A DNA stretch of 64,000 bases from contig QCOD01000002.1 in NCBI GenBank assembly GCA_003209955.1, positions 603 to 64,602 on the forward strand, written 5' to 3'. Below are positions 10,370-19,061 of the stretch, in pieces; positions within the stretch are counted from its first letter, which is position 1, and each line of letters begins with the position of its first letter. Source of the stretch: OCS116 cluster bacterium AG-430-B22 (GTDB lineage: Bacteria > Pseudomonadota > Alphaproteobacteria > MED-G09). The notes under the pieces are model-generated. The model had not been told where the DNA came from, searched no databases, and saw nothing but the letters and a program-made list of their open reading frames with translations. A program made the translations under genes and the position numbers.

Positions 10370-10939
10370 ATGCAACTTAAGACACTTTTAATCACTATTA
10401 TTTTAGCAATAATTTTTCTATTTTTTTTACTACTAAATGAATTTAATTTGTTATCCAAAAAGAATGGTTGGGAACTAAAAAATAATACGAATTTTGATTC
10501 AATAGTGGTTTTAACTGGGAAATTTGATCGAATAAAAAAAGGATTTGAATTGCTGGAAGCTAATTATTCCAAAAAAATGTTCATTTCTGGAGTTAATCCC
10601 ATCGTGAAAAAAAATGAATTAAGAAAAATCATTATCCCTAACAATTCAACTGAGAAAATTAGTTTATTTGATTGTTGTGTTTTTATTGGAAAAGAAGCAA
10701 AAAATACAAAAACTAATGCTGTTGAAGTAATAAAATGGATGAAAAAAAATAATTTGATTTCTGCAATTCTTGTTACTTCAGATATCCACCTTCCTAGAAG
10801 CATTTTAGAATTTCAAAATAACACCAATCATATTAAAATCACATCATGGCCTGTTAAAACTAATAACAATAATTTTATTAATTTTTTAAAGGAATTTTTA
10901 AGATTTAGTTTTGTTCGTATTAAATACTTAATTATATGA
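10370..10939 (+). CDS. YdcF/DUF218 family protein
   Basis: IVVLTG...RI..G..L, ISGV, NT..NA, LVTSDIHLPRS. Confidence 0.85.
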   Translation: MQLKTLLITIILAIIFLFFLLLNEFNLLSKKNGWELKNNTNFDSIVVLTGKFDRIKKGFELLEANYSKKMFISGVNPIVKKNELRKIIIPNNSTEKISLFDCCVFIGKEAKNTKTNAVEVIKWMKKNNLISAILVTSDIHLPRSILEFQNNTNHIKITSWPVKTNNNNFINFLKEFLRFSFVRIKYLII

Positions 10940-11674
10940 GGTATAATTATAAATAAAATTTTATCATATATATCAGTTACAATTTTTTTTACAATCACTG
11001 CTATTATAGCTTTAGTAGGCCTTCCTTTATTATTTTTCCCAAGAAAATATACCGCTCTGTTAATCCACTCTTGGTCTAAATTAATGCTTTTTTTATTTAA
11101 AAGATTTGATGGCTTAAATTGGGTAGTGATCGGAGAAGAGAATATTCCTAACACACCATTTATTATTGCATCAAAGCATCAGTCAATCTGGGATACAATT
11201 TTTTTTACAGCTTATTTTAGTGATGCAGCTATGGTTCTAAAAAAAATATTGATTTATTTACCTGCCTATGGATGGCACGCAGTTAAAGCTAAGATGATTT
11301 GGGTTGATAGAAAAGCTAAAGGTAAAGCATTGAAACAATTACTTAAAATGGCAAAAGAATGTTCTAGCAATAATAGACCAATTGTTATCTTTCCAGAGGG
11401 AACAAGGGTAAATGTTGGTGAAAAAGGAGACTATAAATCTGGTTGTTTTGCTTTATATAAATATCTTGATATCCCATGTGTTCCTGTAGCGTTAAACTCT
11501 GGTCTATATTGGCAAACAAAAGGATATGGAAGAGAAGAAGGCACTATAAAAGTAAAATTTCTAAAAGGAATAGAGCCCGGGCTTCCAAAAAAAAATTTTC
11601 AATCATTGTTGGAGGATAGAATTGAAACAGCCTCAGAGGAACTTTTAATAAATAAAAATAATGAAAAAAAATAG
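10940..11674 (+). CDS. plsC: 1-acyl-sn-glycerol-3-phosphate acyltransferase (start codon uncertain)
   Basis: KHQSIWDT (HxxxxD) and IFPEGTR motifs. The frame is open from 10940 and encodes the N-terminal TM segment, but the first ATG is at 11084. Confidence 0.85.
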   Translation, partial: GIIINKILSYISVTIFFTITAIIALVGLPLLFFPRKYTALLIHSWSKLMLFLFKRFDGLNWVVIGEENIPNTPFIIASKHQSIWDTIFFTAYFSDAAMVLKKILIYLPAYGWHAVKAKMIWVDRKAKGKALKQLLKMAKECSSNNRPIVIFPEGTRVNVGEKGDYKSGCFALYKYLDIPCVPVALNSGLYWQTKGYGREEGTIKVKFLKGIEPGLPKKNFQSLLEDRIETASEELLINKNNEKK

Positions 11675-12422
11675 AAATTTATACGGGTATATAAAGTTAC
11701 CTATTTATATATTCATTTTCACCATAATTATATGGTCAACCTATTGGTTTTTAGGAACCATATATATTGATAATAGAGTTTTAAAGGATAATTCTTTAGG
11801 GTATGAAAAATCTACAATTTCTGGTTATCCATTTCATTTTGATATAAATCTAAAACAATTAAAATATAATCTCTTTAAACAAACCACGCTAAAAGAAATT
11901 AATTTAAAAACATTTGCATGGCGCTTTGATCAAATTAGACTATTAATAAATGATCAAATTTCTTACCAGATATCAAATTCAATAAAAATTATAGCCCTTC
12001 CATCAAATTTGATTATTGATTTTTATAATTATAATAAAAATCATAAAGAATTTAAGATTTTTGGAAATGATATAGTTTTTTCTGAAAATTATAGTAACAA
12101 ATCATTTTCAATTGACGGTATTTCAGGAACTATCAAACATGAAGGTATATATAATATTGATATTGTAACAAATAAAGGTAGATCATCACTTACTGCACAA
12201 GGTTATGTTGATACTCAAAATGAATATTTAGAGGGTAATATTGAATTTTCTTTTTCTGACCCCAACGATATAAAAAGATTGTTTCAAATTTTTGGAATAA
12301 ACATTGAAGAGAATCCTATTACTAACTTATTAATATATAGAGGTAAAATTGATTTAACCTTCGAAGATGGAATGTCACTTTTAGGACCTCTTCCAATTGG
12401 AAGGGCACCGAAATTAAAATAA
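11661..12422 (+). CDS. DUF2125-like membrane-anchored protein
   Basis: WSTYWF N-terminal helix, ISGYPFHF motif, C-terminal LGPLPIGRAP. Conserved position between plsC and tyrC. Confidence 0.65.
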   Translation: MKKNRNLYGYIKLPIYIFIFTIIIWSTYWFLGTIYIDNRVLKDNSLGYEKSTISGYPFHFDINLKQLKYNLFKQTTLKEINLKTFAWRFDQIRLLINDQISYQISNSIKIIALPSNLIIDFYNYNKNHKEFKIFGNDIVFSENYSNKSFSIDGISGTIKHEGIYNIDIVTNKGRSSLTAQGYVDTQNEYLEGNIEFSFSDPNDIKRLFQIFGINIEENPITNLLIYRGKIDLTFEDGMSLLGPLPIGRAPKLK

Positions 12423-12423
12423 A

Positions 12424-13335
12424 TTAATCCCCTCTTCCAAAATCAACTTTTTGTGTATCTTGGCCAGCCTCAATAATATTTTTTCTTACATTCCTTGTTT
12501 TCTTAAAAAAATTTTCAAGATATTCATAGTCATTATCTTTAATCGCTGATTTCAATTTATCTAAATCATTAGAAAAATAATCCAGCATTTCTAAAACTGC
12601 ATCACTGTTATTAATAAAGATATCTCTCCACATAATGGGATCAGAGGCAGCAATTCTAGTAAAATCTCTAAATCCTCCAGCAGAATACTTAACGACTTCT
12701 TTTTTATTAACATTTGCTAAATCGTTTGCCGTACCAACAATATTGTAAGCTATCAAATGGGGAATATGGCTGGTTATAGCAAGAACTTTGTCATGATATT
12801 CTGGATCCATAATCTCAACCATGGCACCTAAATTTTCCCAAAATGCCTTAACATCGTTAAGTTTATCTAAATTTGTTATTTTTGAAGGAGTAAGAACACA
12901 CCATCGATTATCAAATAAATCTGCGAAACCTGCCTCTGGACCTGACATTTCTGTACCAGCTATTGGATGACCTGGAACAAAATGAATCGATTCAGGTAGA
13001 ATATTTTCAATCTCAATTATTACTTTAGATTTTGCTGAACCAGTATCAGTAATTACGCATCCATCTTTAAGGTTAGGCGAGATTTCTTTAACTATACTCG
13101 CAAATGAAGATAATGGTGTCGCTAAAATTACTAGATCAATATCACGATTAATTTGGCTCAAATCTATATAAGCCTCAGACACCAATTCTCTTGATAATGC
13201 AGTTTTAACTGTTAAGTCACTTTTTGCAAAACCTTGTAAATAAATTTCATTACTAAACCTTTTAACGGCTAATCCGATTGATCCACCAATAAGCCCTAAG
13301 CCAATAATTGCTATTTTTTTGAAAGGATTCTCCAT
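12424..13335 (-). CDS. tyrC: Prephenate/arogenate (cyclohexadienyl) dehydrogenase
   Basis: GLGLIGGS, GHPIAGTEMSGP, SHIPHL, GGFRDFTRIAASDP. Confidence 0.95.
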   Translation of the reverse strand: MENPFKKIAIIGLGLIGGSIGLAVKRFSNEIYLQGFAKSDLTVKTALSRELVSEAYIDLSQINRDIDLVILATPLSSFASIVKEISPNLKDGCVITDTGSAKSKVIIEIENILPESIHFVPGHPIAGTEMSGPEAGFADLFDNRWCVLTPSKITNLDKLNDVKAFWENLGAMVEIMDPEYHDKVLAITSHIPHLIAYNIVGTANDLANVNKKEVVKYSAGGFRDFTRIAASDPIMWRDIFINNSDAVLEMLDYFSNDLDKLKSAIKDNDYEYLENFFKKTRNVRKNIIEAGQDTQKVDFGRGD

Positions 13336-13336
13336 A

Positions 13337-14425
13337 TTATTTTTTAAAAGCATTAACTGTTTCTATAAGTAACAGATTAGCTTCCTCTTTTCCGATGGTT
13401 ATTCTTAAGCAGTTTGGTAAATTATATTCTTCCATCTCTCTTACAATTATTCCTTTAGAACTTAATAGATGATAAGCCTCTTTCGCAGAAAATTTAGAAG
13501 ATTCTAAAAATTCAACAAGTATAAAATTACATTGACTCGGATACACAATTAAACCAACTTCAGCAAAACAATCATTTAATATTTTTTTCCATTTACTGTT
13601 ATGCTCTACAGAAAAATTAATGTGATCATCGTCTTCTAGAGCACTTATCGCAGCCATTTGTGCAGCCGTATTTACTGAGAATGGAACTTTTAGAATATCT
13701 AGTTTTTCAGCAATTTTTTTTGGGCAATATGCCCAACCAACTCTCAAGCCAGCTAGCCCAAAAGCCTTTGAAAAAGTTTTTGTAATCACAATATTTTCAC
13801 TGTCTTTTGCTAATTCAAAACCTATTGAATAGTCTTTCTCTTCTACATATTCTGAGTATGCTGCATCTATTACAAACAATACATCATTAGGAACAGATCT
13901 ATTTAATCTCTCAATTTCATCAAATTTTATATAGCTTCCAGTAGGATTATTTGGATTCGCAATATAAATAATCTTTGTCTCATCGGTTAATGATGAAATA
14001 AAATTATCGATATTTGGCTGAAAGTTCTCTTCTTTCGCACGAACGACTGTTGCACCAGAGCTTTGAATGGCAAGCGGGTAAACTGCAAATGCATTTTCTG
14101 AAACTAGACCTTGATTTCCTTCATCTAAATAAACTCTTGCAAGCAAATGAAGGATTTCATCTGAACCACAACCGCACACTATTCTATCGCTATCTATTGA
14201 ATATTTACTTGATATAGCCAATTTGAGTGCTGCATTTGATGAGTCTGGATATAGCCCTAAATCACTTGAAACTTTCGCATACTCAGCAATTGCATTAGAG
14301 CTTGGCCCAAAGGGGTTCTCATTTGAAGATAATTTATAAATTTTATCAACACCTTCAATCTTACTTAGGCCGCCTTTATATCCTTTAATGGCATTTAAAT
14401 ATTTTTTTGGTTCTGGTTTTTTCAT
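13337..14425 (-). CDS. hisC: Histidinol-phosphate aminotransferase
   Basis: KLSSNENPFGP, ANPNNPTG, KTFSKAFGLAGLRVGW. Confidence 0.95.
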   Translation of the reverse strand: MKKPEPKKYLNAIKGYKGGLSKIEGVDKIYKLSSNENPFGPSSNAIAEYAKVSSDLGLYPDSSNAALKLAISSKYSIDSDRIVCGCGSDEILHLLARVYLDEGNQGLVSENAFAVYPLAIQSSGATVVRAKEENFQPNIDNFISSLTDETKIIYIANPNNPTGSYIKFDEIERLNRSVPNDVLFVIDAAYSEYVEEKDYSIGFELAKDSENIVITKTFSKAFGLAGLRVGWAYCPKKIAEKLDILKVPFSVNTAAQMAAISALEDDDHINFSVEHNSKWKKILNDCFAEVGLIVYPSQCNFILVEFLESSKFSAKEAYHLLSSKGIIVREMEEYNLPNCLRITIGKEEANLLLIETVNAFKK

Positions 14426-14432
14426 AACTTTA

Positions 14433-15155
14433 CTATCCAGTCTTTATATATCCAAAACTTCCCAAGATAGAAACATCTTTAATTTCAATATCTTCATAAT
14501 ATTCATCAACTGATATCATAAACTTATCTTGAATATTATATAGAACTGTAAAATTATATTTCTGTGATATCCAATTTTTACTTTCTTCATTGCATACTAG
14601 AATGGTTTTATTGTTTCGAGCCCTTTCGGGGTTAACTTGGCCTAATAAAAATCCAAGACAATCATTTTCAAATACAGGTAAACAACCAAATATATATATA
14701 TTCTTTGGTAAAGAATTTAACCACCAATCATTTTCTATTGGAAGAACTGCGATGAGATTTTTACTTTCTGAAATTTCTTTTATAACTTTAGAGCTTTCAT
14801 GATCAAAAGTTTGTTTTGCTTTTGATCCATAATAATTTCTTACCTCTTTGCTTAACTCACTACCTTGATTATCAGCTACAACAATTTCAAAAGAAGATTG
14901 AACAGAATTTGTTATAGTGCTTATAATTTCTCTCCAGATATACAAAATAGATTTACCATCAAGATGATTATTAGCCTTACTGTATAAATTCTCTAATAAA
15001 TCTATTTCTCTTCCAGGCTTAAGAATATCAACTCCTTCTGTTGCCTTTATTGAGGAAATTGATTTTACAATTTCCGCTCTTTGCAATATCGAAGATAATA
15101 TCCTATCATCTATTAAATCTATCTTTTCTCTAAGTTTATTTAATTCTTCTTTCAA
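14433..15155 (-). CDS. Chorismate mutase (AroQ domain plus C-terminal extension)
   Basis: LNKLREKIDLIDDRIL...R, PGRE. A GGAGG Shine-Dalgarno precedes an in-frame TTG at 15155, the likely start. Confidence 0.85.
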   Translation of the reverse strand: MKEELNKLREKIDLIDDRILSSILQRAEIVKSISSIKATEGVDILKPGREIDLLENLYSKANNHLDGKSILYIWREIISTITNSVQSSFEIVVADNQGSELSKEVRNYYGSKAKQTFDHESSKVIKEISESKNLIAVLPIENDWWLNSLPKNIYIFGCLPVFENDCLGFLLGQVNPERARNNKTILVCNEESKNWISQKYNFTVLYNIQDKFMISVDEYYEDIEIKDVSILGSFGYIKTG

Positions 15156-15251
15156 AAAAACCTCCACTGAAGAATAACTAACATAATAATGGTAATTATT
15201 TCTATTCATAATTTGTTTGCTTTTATTTTATTCATAATATAAATATCAAGG

Positions 15252-15335
15252 TGCATTAAGAAAGGGATTATCCCTGCCAACCTGCATACCGTGCGAAGGT
15301 GGTAATATATGTGGCCAAAAGGCAAAAATTAGGTC
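15252..15335 (+). ncRNA. SAM-I/IV (SAM-I clan variant) riboswitch aptamer
   Basis: P1 GCAT(15253-56)/ATGT(15309-12); J1/2 TAAGA; P2 AGGGA-TTA-TCCCT; P3 GCC-AA-CC...GG-T-GGT with a distal TGCAT/GTGCG stem; 3' hairpin GCC-AAAA-GGC. The SAM-contacting core of the SAM-I clan (A6-U88, U7-A87, G11, C44, A45, A46, U57, G58 equivalents) is present. Matched by eye. Confidence 0.8.
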
Positions 15336-15377
15336 TCATTTATTTTCTTAATTTTAACAGAGTTGGCCGCTTAAGGC

Positions 15378-15434
15378 TGGGTATTTGATTTTCAGATTGT
15401 GCACCCAAGATTTACTTAAAGCACTAAAGAGAGG
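15378..15434 (+). ncRNA. SAM-V riboswitch (H-type pseudoknot abutting the ompW RBS)
   Basis: P1 TGGGT/ACCCA flanks ATTTGA-N8-TTGTGC. The pseudoknot partner GCACTAAA (15421-28) runs straight into GAGAGG and ATG 15440. This follows the Pelagibacter SAM-V pattern (AUUUGA..UUGUAC..GUACUAAA) with a compensatory A-U to G-C change. Confidence 0.85.
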
Positions 15435-15439
15435 AAAAA

Positions 15440-16102
15440 ATGAAAAAATTAAATTTTATTAAAATCTTTTTTATATTTTGTTTATTAACATTTATTGGAT
15501 TGACAAATAATCCAGTATTTTCACAAGAAAGTACTTCTTTTAAAAGCGCAGGTAAATGGCTTGTTGGACTCAAGGTACTCAATCTTGATCCAGATGTTGA
15601 TTCCAATGTTTCAATTGGTGGAGAGGCAAAAGTGGATGATGATACTGTTCCTGAATTAGATATCAGGTATTTTATCACTGACAATATTGCTATAGAGGCT
15701 ATTTTTGGAACAACAGAGCATAATGTTTCTGTTGCTGGTTCAGCATTAGGTAATGTTAATTTAGGTACTGTAAAAGTTCTACCACCTACTTTTACTTTAC
15801 AATACCATTTTAATAGCGAAAGTAATTTTCTTCCATATATTGGCGCTGGAGTAAATTACACCTTTTTCTATGATGATAATCCTGGTGATGCTGTCGGCAT
15901 TAGCTATAAAGATGAAGTTGGCTTTGCATTAAATATTGGTTTTGATTATATATTAAGTGAAAATAATTATTTTAATATTGATATAAAAAAGTATGACCTT
16001 TCTACAGATGTAGTTGTAGATGCAGGTGCTGCAGGAATTGCAACAGCAGATGTCGATCTTGACCCATTAGCAATTAGTATAGGCTATGGATGGAGATTCT
16101 AG
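15440..16102 (+). CDS. ompW: OmpW-family outer-membrane beta-barrel
   Basis: Signal peptide, PELDIRYF, VLPPTFTLQYHF, PYIGAGVNYT, C-terminal GYGWRF. Confidence 0.92.
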   Translation: MKKLNFIKIFFIFCLLTFIGLTNNPVFSQESTSFKSAGKWLVGLKVLNLDPDVDSNVSIGGEAKVDDDTVPELDIRYFITDNIAIEAIFGTTEHNVSVAGSALGNVNLGTVKVLPPTFTLQYHFNSESNFLPYIGAGVNYTFFYDDNPGDAVGISYKDEVGFALNIGFDYILSENNYFNIDIKKYDLSTDVVVDAGAAGIATADVDLDPLAISIGYGWRF

Positions 16103-16153
16103 TAAATGTAATTCCTTAAATTACAAGAATCTATTATTTTATTCGGGATTATT

Positions 16154-17269
16154 ATGAATGAAGAACATAAAAAAAATGATTGTTTATTTTATAATGATCC
16201 CGAATCATTATTGCTAGAAAGTGGACAAATAATTAATGGTCACGATATAGCATATAAAACCTACGGGACATTAAATTCAAAAAAAGATAACGCAATACTA
16301 ATTTGTCATGCCCTATCAGGCGACCAATATGTTGCTAGTTCACACCCAATCACCAAGAAAGAGGGCTGGTGGGAAAGAATGGTTGGTAAAGATAAACCAA
16401 TAAATACTAGTCAATTTTTTGTTATATGCATAAATGTCTTAGGGGGATGTATGGGATCGACAGGGCCAGCATCCATTAATCCTGAAACCAATAAAGTATT
16501 TGCAGTAAATTTTCCGATAATAACAATAGCTGATATGGTTAAAGCTCAAGTTAGGTTAATAGATAACCTTGGAATAGAAAAATTAGTTTCTGTAATTGGT
16601 GGTTCTATGGGTGGTATGCAAGCTCTTGAATGGGCTGCTTCCTACCCTGAAAGATTGAAATCAGCAATTCCAATAGCTACTTCCTCCAGACATACTGCAC
16701 AAAATATTGCCTTTCATGAATTAGGTCGTCAGGCAATAATGGCTGATGTAAATTGGAATTCTGGAAATTATAAAGACAAAAATACTAATCCTTCAAAAGG
16801 CCTTTCAATTGCGAGGATGACAGCTCATGTTACTTATTTATCTGAAGCTTCACTAACAAAGAAATTTGGTAGAAAATTACAGGATAAAACAGATCTTGGT
16901 TTTGGTTTCGATGCTGATTTTCAAATTGAGAGTTACCTAAGACATCAAGGTCATACATTTGTTGATAGATTTGATGCTAACTCCTATCTATACATAACAA
17001 GGGCAATGGATTACTTTGACTTGGAAAAAACTCATAAAAAATCTCTTACAGAGATATATACTAACATTAATTTAAAATTCCTAATTGTATCATTTACCGG
17101 AGATTGGCTTTATCCAACATCTGAAAACTTATTGATTGTTAGGGCTCTCAGCGCCGGCGGGGTTGATGTAAGTTTTGTTGAAATTGACTCCGATAAAGGT
17201 CATGATGCATTTTTATTAGATGAGCCAGAATTTGATGTTTGTCTGGATGGATTTCTTAAATCATTATGA
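16154..17269 (+). CDS. metX: Homoserine O-acyltransferase (MetX family)
   Basis: CHALSGD, GGSMGGMQ nucleophile motif, RFDANSY, KGHDAFL. Confidence 0.96.
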   Translation: MNEEHKKNDCLFYNDPESLLLESGQIINGHDIAYKTYGTLNSKKDNAILICHALSGDQYVASSHPITKKEGWWERMVGKDKPINTSQFFVICINVLGGCMGSTGPASINPETNKVFAVNFPIITIADMVKAQVRLIDNLGIEKLVSVIGGSMGGMQALEWAASYPERLKSAIPIATSSRHTAQNIAFHELGRQAIMADVNWNSGNYKDKNTNPSKGLSIARMTAHVTYLSEASLTKKFGRKLQDKTDLGFGFDADFQIESYLRHQGHTFVDRFDANSYLYITRAMDYFDLEKTHKKSLTEIYTNINLKFLIVSFTGDWLYPTSENLLIVRALSAGGVDVSFVEIDSDKGHDAFLLDEPEFDVCLDGFLKSL

Positions 17270-17285
17270 TTAAAAAGCTACAATT

Positions 17286-17891
17286 ATGATTACATTAAGA
17301 AAAGACTTAGACCTTATAGCTAATCTTGTAGAAGATAACTCTAAAGTTATCGATATAGGTTGTGGTAATGGTGAATTACTTAATTTTTTGAGTAAAAATA
17401 AGAACTCAAAAATTCAAGGGCTAGAAATTAATCAGAAAAAAGTAAACAAATGTGTTTCAAAAGGCTTATCAGTTATTCAAGGAGATGCTGATAAGGATCT
17501 AGGCTTATATCCTGAAAAATCCTTTGATTATGTTATTCTTAGTCAAACTATTCAGGCAACACTTGAGCCTAAAAAAATTCTTACTGAACTAACAAGAATA
17601 GGTAAAAGAGCTATTGTTTCAATTCCCAATTTTGGATTCTGGAAAGTAAGACTCGGTCTTTTAGTAAAAGGCAAAATGCCAATAACTTCAAAATTAAACT
17701 CAACATGGTTTGAAACAGAAAATATTCACTTATGCACAATATCTGATTTTATAAATTTATGTGATGAATTGAATCTAAAAATTAAACAAACTGTTACCAT
17801 TGCATCCAACAAACAGAAAAGGTTTTCTGGAAAACCAAATAAATCAGCAAATATATTTGCTGAGGAAGCTATTTTTCTTATTCAAAATTAG
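17286..17891 (+). CDS. metW: Methionine biosynthesis protein MetW (SAM-binding fold)
   Basis: IDIGCGNG, FDYVILSQT, VSIPNFGFW, NIHLCT. Directly follows metX. Confidence 0.93.
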   Translation: MITLRKDLDLIANLVEDNSKVIDIGCGNGELLNFLSKNKNSKIQGLEINQKKVNKCVSKGLSVIQGDADKDLGLYPEKSFDYVILSQTIQATLEPKKILTELTRIGKRAIVSIPNFGFWKVRLGLLVKGKMPITSKLNSTWFETENIHLCTISDFINLCDELNLKIKQTVTIASNKQKRFSGKPNKSANIFAEEAIFLIQN

Positions 17892-18804
17892 ATTTTTTGA
17901 TTTTTTCTATTGGATAAATTTGTGAAATTATTATTCCAATGAAAATTAAAGAAGAACCTGTTAAAATTCTAGCATTAAAGAATTCTGATAAAATTAGCCA
18001 TCCAAAAAAAGCTGCAAATATAGCTTCAGTACTCATTATTATTGCTGCTTCATTTGGAGGAGAATACCTTTGTCCAATCATTTGCAACACAAAAGCAATA
18101 CATACAGATCCAATTGAACAATATAGCAAAGTGATTAAAACTAGAGGATTTCCAAAAAGATTTGGGAAATTAAATAATTCTTTTGGAGAAAATAAAAAAC
18201 CAAAAATTATTAAAACTATAGATGCGAATAAAAATTGTAATATAGCTAATAACATAATTGGATTTTTTTTAACGCCATATGAAAGCACTTGAACATGTAA
18301 TGCCCATAGCAATGAGCCAAGTATTACCCATATGTCGCCTTTATTAATTTTTTCTACCATAAAACTTCCCTCAGGTACGGCCAAAAGTACTGAACCAATG
18401 ATACATATAAGAACTGCTAACCATAATGAAAAATGTGGTACTGAACCTAAAAGAATTCCTATAATTGGAACCAATAAAACATACAAACTAGTAAAAAAAC
18501 CAGCATTAGTGGCAGTTGTAGTAACAAGACCAATCTGTTGGAATAACGCAGCAAATCCTAGTAAAGTTCCTAGGGTCAAACCATAAATTATCAAAGATTT
18601 TGAATCTATTTTTTGAGGTAAACCAAAAATTGGTAGGATTGTTAATAATAAAAATGCACCAATCAGGAATCTTATTGCCGTAAATTGAATAGGGGACCAA
18701 AAGTCCATGGCAATTTTTTGTGGTATAAAAGTTGAACCCCAAATTAATGAAGCAATTAAAAGTATTACAGCTCCTTTTAAATTGTCAGGGTATGTTTTTA
18801 ACAA
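17878..18804 (-). CDS. DMT/EamA family transporter
   Basis: LIWGSTF, QQIGL..TTATNAGF..L, about 10 TM helices. Confidence 0.88.
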   Translation of the reverse strand: MLKTYPDNLKGAVILLIASLIWGSTFIPQKIAMDFWSPIQFTAIRFLIGAFLLLTILPIFGLPQKIDSKSLIIYGLTLGTLLGFAALFQQIGLVTTTATNAGFFTSLYVLLVPIIGILLGSVPHFSLWLAVLICIIGSVLLAVPEGSFMVEKINKGDIWVILGSLLWALHVQVLSYGVKKNPIMLLAILQFLFASIVLIIFGFLFSPKELFNFPNLFGNPLVLITLLYCSIGSVCIAFVLQMIGQRYSPPNEAAIIMSTEAIFAAFFGWLILSEFFNARILTGSSLIFIGIIISQIYPIEKIKKSNFE

Positions 18805-18809
18805 AATAT

Positions 18810-18995
18810 TTACTCAGAATCCTTTTGAGCAAGTATTTGTTTTCCATTATACATTCCAGTCTTAAGATCGATATGATGAGGTCTATGTAGCTCACCAGAG
18901 TCTTTATTTTCTACAAAAGTTGGTGCCTTAGTTTTATGACCTAGCCTTCTTTTGCCTCTTCTAGAGGGACTAACTTTTCTTTTTGGGACAGCCAT
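18810..18995 (-). CDS. rpmF: 50S ribosomal protein L32
   Basis: [17 protein letters not shown]...[13 protein letters not shown] (zinc-free C- type). Confidence 0.96.
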   Translation of the reverse strand: MAVPKRKVSPSRRGKRRLGHKTKAPTFVENKDSGELHRPHHIDLKTGMYNGKQILAQKDSE

Positions 18996-19061
18996 TTTTA
19001 TATCTCCAAATTATTAATGTGGTTTTATAAATGTATAATTCTATGCAGGCAAGTGGAAAGA

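Noticed and set aside
16107-16125. Hairpin TGTAATT-cctta-AATTACA between ompW and metX as a terminator
   Set aside because: The 7-bp stem is almost all A-U and has no immediate U-tract. At most a weak processing or stability element.
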